Shown: one piece after another, positions 17,930-26,834 of the stretch
Layout of the letters: each line of letters begins with the position of its first letter
Numbering within the stretch: the stretch's first letter is position 1
DNA from: Gammaproteobacteria bacterium CG11_big_fil_rev_8_21_14_0_20_46_22
GTDB taxonomy: Bacteria > Pseudomonadota > Gammaproteobacteria > UBA12402
Direction: 5' to 3'
DNA: 64,000 nt
Assembly (NCBI GenBank): GCA_002796245.1
Contig: PCWT01000064.1
Span: 19,822-83,821 of the forward strand
Program-made: the position numbers and the translations under genes
Notes under the pieces: generated by a model
What the model was told of the DNA's origin: nothing
The model's input: the letters and a program-made list of their open reading frames with translations, nothing else
Databases searched by the model: none

Positions 17930-18880
17930 TTAATTTTGGAAGCCCGAATCGCTGTCGAACTGTTGATTTAAGCGGGTTATGAGGTTCTGATTGCACACCA
18001 AAATGCCTAATTCACGGTTGTGGTGGAAAGACGTGCTCGTGAAATTGTTTGAGCCTAGGTAGGCGATGCGATCGTCACTGATGATCAATTTGGCGTGTAA
18101 GGTCGGCGTTTGCAATGGTAAAACTGTGATGCCTTCATCTTTCAGTGATCGTATCATCACTCGATACCCTGTGCTTTGCTTTGGGCGGGTGAGCAGGGTG
18201 ATGCGCACACCGCGTTTGGCGGCATGCTTGAGTGCACGAATAAAAGCAGGGTCGCCAAAACCTGGGGCGTAGAGTTTGAGTGAATGCTGGCTGCTGTCGA
18301 TAAGGCGCAGAATATCCCGTCCATGGTTTTCTGGGCTAAACACTAAAGGCGATGCGCTCAGTGTGGGTGTTCGCTCAGACCAGTCGGCTTGAAAAACGGT
18401 CTCGATTTGCCCGACAAGCGCAGGCTTCGTGAGCTTAAGGTAAAGGTTGCGCTGTGTGTAAAAGCCTGAGTAGGTGAAGTTGCCTGTCATTAAAAAAGCC
18501 GTTTTTTTGTCGATAATGAGGGCTTTTTCGTGAAGATTGGTGAAGTACTGGGGTGCCGTTTTTACAGCGATGTGCTCTTCACGCAACCAGCGAATGGCTT
18601 TTTGGTTCGTGTTTGTCGCGTTATACGGCGCTTTGTCGAGCAGTACCTGGATGTTGGCGCCATGGTGTTTTGCCTGTATTAATGCCCGAATAATCTGTCT
18701 ATCCGTGAGCGTGTAGGTAATGACTTGCACCGATTGTTTGGCGCGCTCAATGGCTTGCGTCAAAGGTTGTGCGTGTGTTTGTGGTGTTACCCAAAGTGGC
18801 AAGTCAGTGTTTTCGCAGGGCAACGCGAAGCCACAGGCGCTCGCGCATAGAGCTGCCAGGGTGTAAAGCCAAGTTTTCAT
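17930..18880 (-). CDS. Secreted phospholipase D-family protein with two HKD motifs
   Basis: The HKD motifs are HEKALIIDKKTAFLMTGNFT and HAKLIISDDRIAYLGSNNFT. I prefer the start at 18880, which gives a signal peptide (MKTWLYTLAALCASACGFA). The ORF-track start at 19030 would overlap the divergent antiporter gene. Confidence 0.8.
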   Translation of the reverse strand: MKTWLYTLAALCASACGFALPCENTDLPLWVTPQTHAQPLTQAIERAKQSVQVITYTLTDRQIIRALIQAKHHGANIQVLLDKAPYNATNTNQKAIRWLREEHIAVKTAPQYFTNLHEKALIIDKKTAFLMTGNFTYSGFYTQRNLYLKLTKPALVGQIETVFQADWSERTPTLSASPLVFSPENHGRDILRLIDSSQHSLKLYAPGFGDPAFIRALKHAAKRGVRITLLTRPKQSTGYRVMIRSLKDEGITVLPLQTPTLHAKLIISDDRIAYLGSNNFTSTSFHHNRELGILVCNQNLITRLNQQFDSDSGFQN

Positions 18881-19021
18881 GAGGTTTATTTCGTGAGGTT
18901 TGTGTGAGCATAGTAAACGACGCGAGCCTTGCGCTGTCAAGTTTGGTTTGTTTTTCGCGACGGTGATTACTTTTACACCGTCTTTTGGTAGACTCTGCTC
19001 TCCAGTGTTTTGGGCGGTTTT

Positions 19022-20194
19022 ATGCATCATCTCGATACAGTTACCTTTACCTTGTTTTTGATTTTTTCAGGTGCCGCGATCATTTCAACAGCAGCATTGT
19101 TCACGCGCCAATCGATGTTGGTCGCCTATATTGTGTTAGGTGCGCTCTTAGGCCCCTTTGGTTTTAATATTTTGAAAAAGGTGGAGATCGTTCAGCAAAC
19201 CGGCGATATTGGCATCATGTTTTTGTTGTTCTTATTGGGTCTAAATCTTCACCCTCAAAAGCTTGTGCAAATGTTTTCAAAAATGACCTGGGTGGCCTTG
19301 GCGAGCTCTGTGGTTTTTGCGCTGATTGGTTTTGGGCTTGGTGTGTTGTTTGGCTACGATGTGACGACGTCTTGGGTGATCGGCTTGGGTATGATGTTTT
19401 CGAGCACCATTATTGGTTTGAAGTTATTGCCTACAACGGTGCTGCACCATCAACATACGGGTGAGGTCATGATTTCCGTGCTGCTTTTGCAGGACATTAT
19501 TGCGATTATGGTGTTGATGATTCTGGAAATGGTGTCCCAAGGCCATGTGTCGTTTGGCCGGATCAGTTTGTTTATTGTTGCGCTACCTTTGCTCTTAGTG
19601 TTTGCATTTTTTATGCAGCGTTTTGTCTTAATTAAACTTTTAGCTAAGTTTGATCGCGTGCATGAATACATTTTTTTGCTGTCCGTGGGTTGGTGCTTGG
19701 CCATGGCGATTCTAGCCGAGGTCTTGGGTTTGTCTGCCAATATTGGCGCGTTTATCGCAGGTGTAGCCTTGGCGGCGCACCCCATCTCGCAATATATTTC
19801 GGAAAACCTAAAACCCTTGCGTGATTTTTTCCTAATTATGTTTTTCTTCTCGATTGGTGCGCAGTTCGACTCGCATTATTTGCCTGAAATTTTAGCGCCT
19901 GCCATTTTGTTGGCCATCGTGATGCTGGTGGTCAAGCCTTTGGTGTTTCGTTTTTTGATCCATCAAGTCAAAGAAACCAAACCCGTGGCCTGGGAAGTCG
20001 GTGCCCGCCTAGGGCAAGCCAGTGAGTTCACCTTGTTGCTCGCCTACTTGGCGTTAAGTACAGGCCTAATTTCAGCGCAAGCTTCCTGTCTAATTCAAGC
20101 AGCAACGCTGATTACGTTCATTGTTTCATCCTACGTCGTGGTCTTGAGGTATCCCTCGCCACTGGCATTCTCTGATAAACTGCGTAGAAACTAA
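19022..20194 (+). CDS. Cation:proton antiporter (CPA2/Kef-like membrane domain)
   Basis: A polytopic protein of about 390 aa. The N-terminus AYIVLGALLGPFGFNIL is typical of the Na+/H+ exchanger family. Confidence 0.8.
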   Translation: MHHLDTVTFTLFLIFSGAAIISTAALFTRQSMLVAYIVLGALLGPFGFNILKKVEIVQQTGDIGIMFLLFLLGLNLHPQKLVQMFSKMTWVALASSVVFALIGFGLGVLFGYDVTTSWVIGLGMMFSSTIIGLKLLPTTVLHHQHTGEVMISVLLLQDIIAIMVLMILEMVSQGHVSFGRISLFIVALPLLLVFAFFMQRFVLIKLLAKFDRVHEYIFLLSVGWCLAMAILAEVLGLSANIGAFIAGVALAAHPISQYISENLKPLRDFFLIMFFFSIGAQFDSHYLPEILAPAILLAIVMLVVKPLVFRFLIHQVKETKPVAWEVGARLGQASEFTLLLAYLALSTGLISAQASCLIQAATLITFIVSSYVVVLRYPSPLAFSDKLRRN

Positions 20195-20225
20195 ACTGGC
20201 GTCGATAAACTATGCAAAATCTTCC

Positions 20226-20312
20226 TGTAGCCTGGGTTGAAATGCGAAGCATTGAAAACCCGGAAAATAGAAACCCGGATTATCGCCCCTTCGGTGCTCA
20301 ATCCAGCCTACA
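20226..20312. repeat. REPIN-like doublet of REP hairpins
   Basis: The termini are TGTAGCCTGG ... CCAGCCTACA. The two inner hairpins are CTGGGTT..AACCCGG and CCCGGATTA..AATCCAG. The unit GTAGSCYGGATT..ATAATCCGGG recurs at 63164-63197. Confidence 0.65.
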
Positions 20313-20325
20313 TTTTATGGCTAAT

Positions 20326-20410
20326 GTCATTGCGAGCGAACGCCAGTGAGCGCGGCAATCTGGTCCATTAATCTTGGGATTGCTTCGTCGATTCGCTCCT
20401 CGCAAAGACG
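20326..20410. repeat. Second palindromic intergenic repeat (GTCATTGCGAGCGAA type)
   Basis: Imperfect inverted repeats: CATTGCGAGCGAA pairs with TTCGCTCCTCGCAAAG, and GCGGCAATC pairs with GATTGCTTCG. Confidence 0.55.
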
Positions 20411-20437
20411 GTTGCTACGTCCAACTTGGGGGCTATT

Positions 20438-20956
20438 ATGGAGTTGATCAACGGTTGGCTGGATGGCATCAAGCATCAATATTCTCCAAACTACGATGCG
20501 CGTGATGAGCGTCCGACACTGGTCGTGATTCACTGTGCCAGCTTGCCCTTGGGTGAATTTGGTAACGGGCTGATGGAGAAACTTTTTATGGATGAAATCA
20601 CTGCGAAGACCCATCCAGAGCTCGCCCACTGGCTTGCTGGTCGTGTCTCGGCGCATGTTTGGATTGATCGCCAAGGCGAGCTGACTCAGTTCGTCTCTTG
20701 TGATGACAAAGCCTGGCATGCGGGGCGCTCAAGTTTTAACGGGCGTGAAGCCTGCAATGATTTTTCTATTGGGATTGAGTTGGAAGGCTGTGATCATTTG
20801 CCGTATACTGACGCACAGTATGTCAGTCTCAATGCAGTGTTGAAGGCGCTCAAGGCGGTGTACCCCATTAAGGCCGTCGTGGGGCATGAGCATATTGCGC
20901 CGGGGCGTAAAACAGACCCGGGGCCGTTGTTCGACTGGTCTCGCGTCATTAAGTGA
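20438..20956 (+). CDS. ampD: 1,6-anhydro-N-acetylmuramyl-L-alanine amidase AmpD
   Basis: Contains SPNYDARDERPTLVVIHCASLP, AWHAGRSSFNGREACNDFSIGIELEG and VVGHEHIAPGRKTDPGPLFDW. Confidence 0.93.
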   Translation: MELINGWLDGIKHQYSPNYDARDERPTLVVIHCASLPLGEFGNGLMEKLFMDEITAKTHPELAHWLAGRVSAHVWIDRQGELTQFVSCDDKAWHAGRSSFNGREACNDFSIGIELEGCDHLPYTDAQYVSLNAVLKALKAVYPIKAVVGHEHIAPGRKTDPGPLFDWSRVIK

Positions 20957-20966
20957 TAGGAAGTGT

Positions 20967-21659
20967 ATGCGTTTTTTAGTATTAGCCGTTGCTTTATTTT
21001 TAGAGAAAACTTTTTCATTAAGCCAATGGCGTAAACGCTTTTTTGTGAACTCCTTATACCTTCGCCGCGCTGAGACGGTTTTTTCAAAATACGCTTTTTA
21101 TCGAGGCTATATTGGCGTGTTGTGTTTGGTGGTGCCAGCGGCTGTAGTCGTTTTGCTGCTTGAGATTCTCATTTTTCGCAACCTGCATGGGCTTTTGTTA
21201 CCTATTTTTAATTTACTCGTGGTGATGTACTGCTTGGAAGGCTGTGATTTTCGTTGCCAGTATTCTTTGGATACGCAGATGGAGAAAAGCCAATATCAAT
21301 TTACCCTGATTTTTTGGTTTATGCTGTTGGGCGCGTTCGGTGCTGTGTTTGCCCGCTTATTACAAACCTTGAGCGAAGAGGGCGATCATCGTTTGCGTGA
21401 GGCTGCCAACCGCCTGTACGCCTATTTAGCCTGGGTGCCTTCGCGCCTGCTGAGTCTAAGCTTTGCATTGGTGGGTAATTTCAGTGAAGTGTTAAATCGA
21501 TGGGCGGCTGATGCAAAATCTGCCGGTAATCACGAGCTGTTGTGTGCTAGCGCGAGCTTGGCGATGAATGAGCAGTATGAAACAGTTAAGTTATCGCAGT
21601 TAGTGAACCGAGCCTTGTTAATTTGGCTTGCGGTTTACGCGATATTAATTTTGATATAG
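20967..21659 (+). CDS. ampE: AmpE-like inner-membrane protein
   Basis: It lies immediately downstream of ampD. The N-terminus MRFLVLAVALFLEKTF and the motif LAWVPSRLLSLSFALVGNF match the AmpE layout. Confidence 0.75.
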   Translation: MRFLVLAVALFLEKTFSLSQWRKRFFVNSLYLRRAETVFSKYAFYRGYIGVLCLVVPAAVVVLLLEILIFRNLHGLLLPIFNLLVVMYCLEGCDFRCQYSLDTQMEKSQYQFTLIFWFMLLGAFGAVFARLLQTLSEEGDHRLREAANRLYAYLAWVPSRLLSLSFALVGNFSEVLNRWAADAKSAGNHELLCASASLAMNEQYETVKLSQLVNRALLIWLAVYAILILI

Positions 21660-21668
21660 GAGAAAAAG

Positions 21669-23111
21669 ATGACAACAAAAACACCGATTACAGTGGCCTA
21701 TGGTGACGGTATTGGCCCGGAAATTATGGCCGCTACACTGCGCATTTTAGAGGCTGCGGGTGCGAACATTGCGCCTGAAGTGATTGAGGTTGGTGAAAAA
21801 GTCTATCTTTCTGGTAATACCACCGGTATTCCGCAAGCAGCCTGGGATTCATTGGCGCGCACACGTGTGTTGTTAAAAGCGCCAATCACGACGCCACAAG
21901 GCGGCGGCTACAAAAGCTTGAACGTGACCTTGCGAAAGTCTTTGGGTTTGTATGCGAACGTTCGCCCTTGCCGTTCTTTGTCGCCGTTTGTGCCGACAAA
22001 CCATCCTGATATGGACTTGGTGATCGTGCGAGAAAACGAAGAAGACTTGTACGCCGGTATTGAGCATCGCCAAACCGATGGCGCTTATCAATGTTTAAAA
22101 ATTATCACACGTGAAGGTTGTGAGCGCATTGTGAAATACGCGTTTGAATATGCTCGTAAATTTAATCGCAAAAAAGTCACTTGCATGATCAAAGACAATA
22201 TCATGAAGATGACGGATGGTTTGTTTCATCAAGTGTTTAAACAAATTGCGCCTTTGTATCCTGAAATTCAAACGGACAGCATCATTATTGATATCGGCAC
22301 CGCGCGCTTAGCGTGCAAGCCTGAGTTGTTTGATGTGATCGTCACGGAAAACTTGTACGGTGATATTATTTCCGATGTGGCGGCTGAAGTGGTCGGTTCT
22401 GTCGGTTTGGCCGGTTCTGCGAACGTCGGCGACAAGGTCGCGATGTTTGAAGCGATTCACGGCTCTGCCCCAGATATCGCGGGCAAGAAAATTGCCAACC
22501 CATCGGGCTTGCTAAACGGCGCGATTCAGATGCTGATTCATATCGGTCAGCCAGATGTCGCGGCGAAAATTGAAAATGCTTGGTTAAAAACCTTAGAAGA
22601 TGGTATTCACACGGGCGATATTTACAATGAAAAGTTAAGTAAGCAAAAAGTGGGTACGGATGGATTTGCTGATGCGGTGATTGAGCGCTTGGGTCAGGCG
22701 CCTAGCAATTTCGAAAAAGCGCAGTATGAATCTAAATCGTGTGAGCCAGTGCAGTTGCCTGTAGCGCCTATGCAAGAAAAACGCTTGGTGGGCGTGGATG
22801 TGTTTATCAATGTGAACATGTGTAACCCAGAAGCTTTGGGCGAACAGGTTTCATCTTTGGTGAGCACGCTACATTTGAAAATGATTTCTAATCGTGGTGT
22901 GAAAGTCTACCCCGATGGCCAGGCTGAAACACATTGTTCGGATCACTGGTGCTGCCGTTTTCAGAAAGACGAGTCTTTTTCAACGATTGCGCCACACGAT
23001 GTGTTAAGCGTGATGCGTGAGTTGATTGACGGCGGTGTGGATGTGATCAAGTCAGAGAATCTGTATTTCTTTGATCAAGATCGTGGGTTTACGTTGGCTC
23101 AAGGTGAGTAA
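21669..23111 (+). CDS. icd: Isocitrate dehydrogenase (long, ~480-aa isocitrate/isopropylmalate dehydrogenase family form)
   Basis: Contains YGDGIGPEI, LRKSLGLYANVRP, IVRENEEDLYAGIEH, NLYGDIISD and FEAIHGSAPDIAGK, plus a C-terminal extension of about 140 aa. Confidence 0.85.
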   Translation: MTTKTPITVAYGDGIGPEIMAATLRILEAAGANIAPEVIEVGEKVYLSGNTTGIPQAAWDSLARTRVLLKAPITTPQGGGYKSLNVTLRKSLGLYANVRPCRSLSPFVPTNHPDMDLVIVRENEEDLYAGIEHRQTDGAYQCLKIITREGCERIVKYAFEYARKFNRKKVTCMIKDNIMKMTDGLFHQVFKQIAPLYPEIQTDSIIIDIGTARLACKPELFDVIVTENLYGDIISDVAAEVVGSVGLAGSANVGDKVAMFEAIHGSAPDIAGKKIANPSGLLNGAIQMLIHIGQPDVAAKIENAWLKTLEDGIHTGDIYNEKLSKQKVGTDGFADAVIERLGQAPSNFEKAQYESKSCEPVQLPVAPMQEKRLVGVDVFINVNMCNPEALGEQVSSLVSTLHLKMISNRGVKVYPDGQAETHCSDHWCCRFQKDESFSTIAPHDVLSVMRELIDGGVDVIKSENLYFFDQDRGFTLAQGE

Positions 23112-23155
23112 GTGAAACTGGATTTTTTCGACTATTCTATTTCGAACCCGAAGCA

Positions 23156-23322
23156 TTAGGGCCTGTTTATAATTCATTTTTGCAAGCGAAAACTGAGGGG
23201 GTTGAGACCAAATTGTTTATTATTCGAGGCGAATAGCCAGTCCTATTTAACGAGAAGAATGAACAAATTGGACCAACTTTACTCAGTTTACAGCGTGAAA
23301 ATGAATTATAAACAGGCCCTAA
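23156..23322. mobile_element. MITE-like element, 167 bp, with perfect 25-bp terminal inverted repeats
   Basis: The left end TTAGGGCCTGTTTATAATTCATTTT (23156-23180) is the exact reverse complement of the right end (23298-23322). The interior is also palindromic. TA dinucleotides at both termini are compatible with a TA target duplication. There is no coding capacity. Confidence 0.8.
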
Positions 23323-24526
23323 GGGCTTTGCTTACTTTTTTAAAGCAAAACACTCCGTAGGCTAGCACTAAAAATCCGCATGATAGTAACAGTGGGCTCA
23401 TGGCGTTATAGAGTGTGATCCAGCCCGCTAAAAATCCCGTGATGGCAAACGCGAGCGACAAGGCAGAGTCGCTTACGCCCATCACGAGCCCCTGTTTATT
23501 ATCTGCGTTCTCATTTGAAAGCAGCGTAATTAGTGTTGAGTAAACATTCGCCGTCATAATGGTCACGGGAATGGCTAGAAGGCACTGCTGCCAAAGTTTA
23601 TGTGCAAAAAATGCGAGCAACAAACTGACGATGCCTAGCCACAAACTGAAGCTCAATAATTTTTTGGGTTTTAAAAGACGTGCGCAAGCGCGCAGTACAA
23701 ACATTAAGCTCAGTGAAAGCATTAAACCAATATAGGTTGAGAAATAACCGACTTCGCTACCATCCAAGTGAAACGCTTGCACGGCGGTCACGGCAATGCC
23801 CTGGTAATACAGGCTCCAGCTGAGTTCAAAGAAGAAAAAAATTGTGAGCAAGTGTTGATTAGGACGATGGCTTAGAAATTGCTTTAAGCTTTTTCGCAAA
23901 GGGATGTGGGATAAGTCGCTGTGTGTTTCTTTCAGGTAAAACACTAATAATAAAAAATTAAGCGCGGTTAGGCCGGCTGCAGCATAAAATGGGGTGCTTA
24001 AGCCAAACCAGTGCACATAGTGTGCATTGGATAAAACGCCGCCGAGTAGGGGGCCTGCTAGTAAGCCTATGGTCATGGCGAGCGCGATTACGCCAATGTT
24101 CAAAAGCTTTGCTGTACCGCTTGAAATATCGGTCATGGCGGCTTGTGCAACAGCTTGGCTGCCTGTTGTGAAGCCGCCGATGATGCGCGCGATGATCAGC
24201 AGGCTTAAACTCATCCAACGAAAGCTGATGACGTACATCACATACGCGATAAAGGTGCCGAGTAAGCAATACCCGAGTAGGGTTTTTCGGCCGAAACGAT
24301 CCGAGCAATAGCCTACAATGGGTGCGCCAAAAAAATACGCGAACGGCGGTAAAAATAAAATAATGCCAAAGAGTATATGTCGCCGCTCTAATGATGCATG
24401 CGCGCCAAAGATGCTGGCGCCGGTTTTGGTGAGCAAAGGGGCTAACACGGGCAGTGTCATGCCAAAACTCATGCCGTCGATGATGATTAATAGAAATAGG
24501 GGGATAATGCTTTTCGCATGGTTCAT
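23306..24526 (-). CDS. MFS transporter (Tet/TCR-like efflux type)
   Basis: 12-TM layout. The N-terminus is IIPLFLLIIIDGMSFGMTLPVLAPLL, with the motif GYCSDRFGRKTLL. The ATG at 24526 has a GAGGAG SD. The last 5 sense codons and the stop lie inside the MITE right arm. Confidence 0.85.
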   Translation of the reverse strand: MNHAKSIIPLFLLIIIDGMSFGMTLPVLAPLLTKTGASIFGAHASLERRHILFGIILFLPPFAYFFGAPIVGYCSDRFGRKTLLGYCLLGTFIAYVMYVISFRWMSLSLLIIARIIGGFTTGSQAVAQAAMTDISSGTAKLLNIGVIALAMTIGLLAGPLLGGVLSNAHYVHWFGLSTPFYAAAGLTALNFLLLVFYLKETHSDLSHIPLRKSLKQFLSHRPNQHLLTIFFFFELSWSLYYQGIAVTAVQAFHLDGSEVGYFSTYIGLMLSLSLMFVLRACARLLKPKKLLSFSLWLGIVSLLLAFFAHKLWQQCLLAIPVTIMTANVYSTLITLLSNENADNKQGLVMGVSDSALSLAFAITGFLAGWITLYNAMSPLLLSCGFLVLAYGVFCFKKVSKALRACL

Positions 24527-24667
24527 AAAATTCTCCTCATACCGTTCCGTTCGGATACAGTTGGTGTTGGTCATTATAAGCGTATTTTTGAGAAAGCCAA
24601 GTTGTCTTAAAGCTTGTGTGGCACCCAATAGACAGGCGGGTTTTTGTGGAAGGGAAGGCAGGCGGGC

Positions 24668-24937
24668 TTATTCGCTCTCGCCAAAGCGATTATGAATTAG
24701 CGCTTTCACGGCGCCAAAAGCCGCTTGCTCATCGTCACCTTCAACTCGCAAGGTGAGTTCTGTGCCGCAAGGAGCGCCTAATAACATTAGGTTCATAATG
24801 CTTTTCGCATCAGCGGTTTTGTCGCTTCTGATTAGTTCGATTTTGCTATTGAATCGTTGACAAGTGTTAACCAACACATTGCTCGCGCGAATGTGTAGGC
24901 CAAGTTTGTTAATCAGGGTGATGCGTTCTTCAATCAT
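24668..24937 (-). CDS. ptsO: HPr-family phosphocarrier protein NPr
   Basis: 89 aa, with INKLGLHIRASNVL (active-site His). It overlaps ptsN by 4 nt. Confidence 0.88.
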   Translation of the reverse strand: MIEERITLINKLGLHIRASNVLVNTCQRFNSKIELIRSDKTADAKSIMNLMLLGAPCGTELTLRVEGDDEQAAFGAVKALIHNRFGESE

Positions 24938-25443
24938 TCAATGACTACATCGGCTTGGCAAAGTGTGAGTAGGCGATAGGCCTCCTCAATGCCGTGGGTG
25001 TCATTGAGCTGGGCAATGCGCGTTTGGCATTGAAAGCATTCAGCCAGGCAGCTCAAGACGCTGATGTGTTCTTGTTTGTTGTTTTCAGGCATCACTAAGC
25101 CGAACAACATGCTGACGTTGTGTTCATCATGGTTGTCAAAGGCGATGGGCTCGTGCAACTTGATGAAGGCGCCAATGGGTCGTTCAACCTGAGCCAGACG
25201 CGTGTGAGGCACGGCAATACCTTTGGTGATCACAGTGCTGCCCAGGCGCTCTCGGGCTAGAAAACCATGAAGGATGTCTTGGTGAGTCACACCCTCCAGG
25301 TTTAAATCTTCAGCAATCATTTTGCTTAAAAGCTCAAGGGCACGCTTTTTGCTGCTGATGTGGCAGTCCACCAACACGCGGTGTGGGGAGAGGATATCTT
25401 GAATTTTAGTCACGGTGTTTGCTGATCTTTTCTTTATGCTCAA
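24934..25443 (-). CDS. ptsN: Nitrogen-related PTS enzyme IIA (IIA-Ntr)
   Basis: Contains SKKRALELLSKMI and GIAVPHTRL (phospho-His loop). The length and layout match E. coli PtsN. The start overlaps the hpf 3' end. Confidence 0.88.
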   Translation of the reverse strand: MSIKKRSANTVTKIQDILSPHRVLVDCHISSKKRALELLSKMIAEDLNLEGVTHQDILHGFLARERLGSTVITKGIAVPHTRLAQVERPIGAFIKLHEPIAFDNHDEHNVSMLFGLVMPENNKQEHISVLSCLAECFQCQTRIAQLNDTHGIEEAYRLLTLCQADVVIE

Positions 25444-25702
25444 CGACTTGGCGATTCAAAATCTTCATCATTTCATCGATGGATTTGTACATATCGTCAG
25501 AGCTGGCTTTGGCGTGAAATTGATGGCCAGGCACGGCGATAGTGATCTCTGCGATATTGTCGAGTTTTTCAACATGAATGGTCATGTGTGCGCTGGTGAT
25601 GTGGTCAAAGTGGCGCTGCACTTTTTCAAAACGTTGATTGGTGTGATCCTTGATGGCATCGGTTACGTCGATAGTGTGGCCAGTGAATGTGATGTGAGTC
25701 AT
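25406..25702 (-). CDS. hpf: Ribosome hibernation promoting factor (short HPF/YhbH)
   Basis: MTHITFTGHTIDVTDAIKDHTNQRFEKVQRHFDHITSAHMTIHVEK. It has an AAGGAGAG SD. Confidence 0.92.
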   Translation of the reverse strand: MTHITFTGHTIDVTDAIKDHTNQRFEKVQRHFDHITSAHMTIHVEKLDNIAEITIAVPGHQFHAKASSDDMYKSIDEMMKILNRQVVEHKEKISKHRD

Positions 25703-25734
25703 TGTTGCTCTCCTTGTTATCGCTACGTGGGCCG

Positions 25735-25763
25735 ATTATAACAAGCTTATTTGCGGCCTGTCA
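25735..25763 (-). promoter_or_regulatory. Putative sigma70 promoter of hpf-ptsN-ptsO
   Basis: Read on the minus strand: TGACAG (25758-25763), a 17-nt spacer, then TGTTATAAT, an extended -10 with the hexamer at 25735-25740. It lies about 30 nt upstream of the hpf ATG. Confidence 0.5.
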
Positions 25764-25825
25764 CTCATTCTGTTTTAGAGTTCAGTTTCAAAATAAAGCG
25801 CCGTATTTTCTTGGCTTAATTTTGC

Positions 25826-26764
25826 TCATCTAGGGCTGCGGGTTGAGCTGAGTTCCTTAACTTTTTTTGTTGTTTGACTATTTCTGATTTCACCGGGTTC
25901 AAGCGATGGGCTGTGTGGGGCGCGCTTTAGATCTGAGTTGTCGTTTGAATCGCTGGGGATATCATCAAGATTCAAATCGACGCCACCAAGACAGCATGAG
26001 TTCAGCCGTTTTTTGCCCAGTAGTCCGTTTTGTGGGTATGCGACGTGCATGAGTGGGCTTGGCGGCGGCGCCGGGCGTTCGTGCTCTCTTTGCCTTGTGT
26101 CTGGCTTGAAGGCTTGTGGGTCGATAAACGCCAATAGTGACTGACTGTTCTCTTTCGGTTCGCTGCTGCAGAGCTCACTGAGTTGCTGGCCTAGGCTAGC
26201 CCATGTTTCGTTGCGTGGTTCAATGTTTGCCAATCTTAGGGCTCTGGTGATGAGGGGGGAGAGGTCATCTTGTGAGAGACCGCTGATGAGTTTGTCTTCA
26301 ATTATCGTATTGAGGTTGAACAGTACGCGGGTCATGCTGCGGCAGTCTAGTGTTTGATTTGGCCTGTAATTTTCGGCTAGAGTTTTTATTAACGCTTTGG
26401 GATTGTGTACTTTCTCGTTACGGTATTTTAACCATAAGAGAAGTAAGTGGGATGCTTTGACAGGATGGGAGTTGCTTATTAGTTCTCTTGTGGGTAGGTC
26501 GTTTAAAAACAGCAGGTTTTCATGGTGTTGTGGTTTTTTGCTCGCTATGAATATGAAGATGTCGCATAGGTGCGAATAAGTCTGAGTATCTATGTCGCCA
26601 GTAGGCCTGTTCAAGAGAAGGCGGTTAATATAGGTCAGCACCTGCTTCACATAGGCCGTATTAATGGTTTCAAGCGGTTCGGGTTTATTGCCTTGAAAGC
26701 GCTGAATGTAGTGAAACAGCTGGTCGGTGTGATGCTGGGGATTGGGTGTTTGATAAGTTGGCAT
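25826..26764 (-). CDS. Orphan hypothetical protein (312 aa), a candidate secreted effector, sitting at the position normally held by rpoN
   Basis: Long ORF in which I recognise no family. The C-terminal third is Pro/Ser/Asp-rich and looks disordered. I prefer the ATG at 26764 (AAGAG SD) because a TATAAT box sits at 26799-26804, on top of the TTG start at 26797 used in the ORF track. Confidence 0.6.
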   Translation of the reverse strand: MPTYQTPNPQHHTDQLFHYIQRFQGNKPEPLETINTAYVKQVLTYINRLLLNRPTGDIDTQTYSHLCDIFIFIASKKPQHHENLLFLNDLPTRELISNSHPVKASHLLLLWLKYRNEKVHNPKALIKTLAENYRPNQTLDCRSMTRVLFNLNTIIEDKLISGLSQDDLSPLITRALRLANIEPRNETWASLGQQLSELCSSEPKENSQSLLAFIDPQAFKPDTRQREHERPAPPPSPLMHVAYPQNGLLGKKRLNSCCLGGVDLNLDDIPSDSNDNSDLKRAPHSPSLEPGEIRNSQTTKKVKELSSTRSPR

Positions 26765-26798
26765 AAAGTTGACTCTTATTGCTTTATTCTGGTCCAAA

Positions 26799-26827
26799 AT
26801 TATACAGATATTAAACCAAAATGAAAA
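26799..26827 (-). promoter_or_regulatory. Putative sigma70 promoter of the orphan gene
   Basis: Read on the minus strand: TTTTCA (26822-26827), a 17-nt spacer, then TGTATAAT, an extended -10 with the hexamer at 26799-26804. Confidence 0.4.
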
Positions 26828-26834
26828 GAAAAAC

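Noticed and set aside
23135-23155. A GGTTCGAA-like string (minus strand) resembling a tRNA T-loop next to the MITE, which might be a tRNA or an att fragment.
   Set aside because: There is no complementary T-stem, acceptor stem or anticodon arm around it, so it is not a tRNA or a recognisable tRNA fragment.
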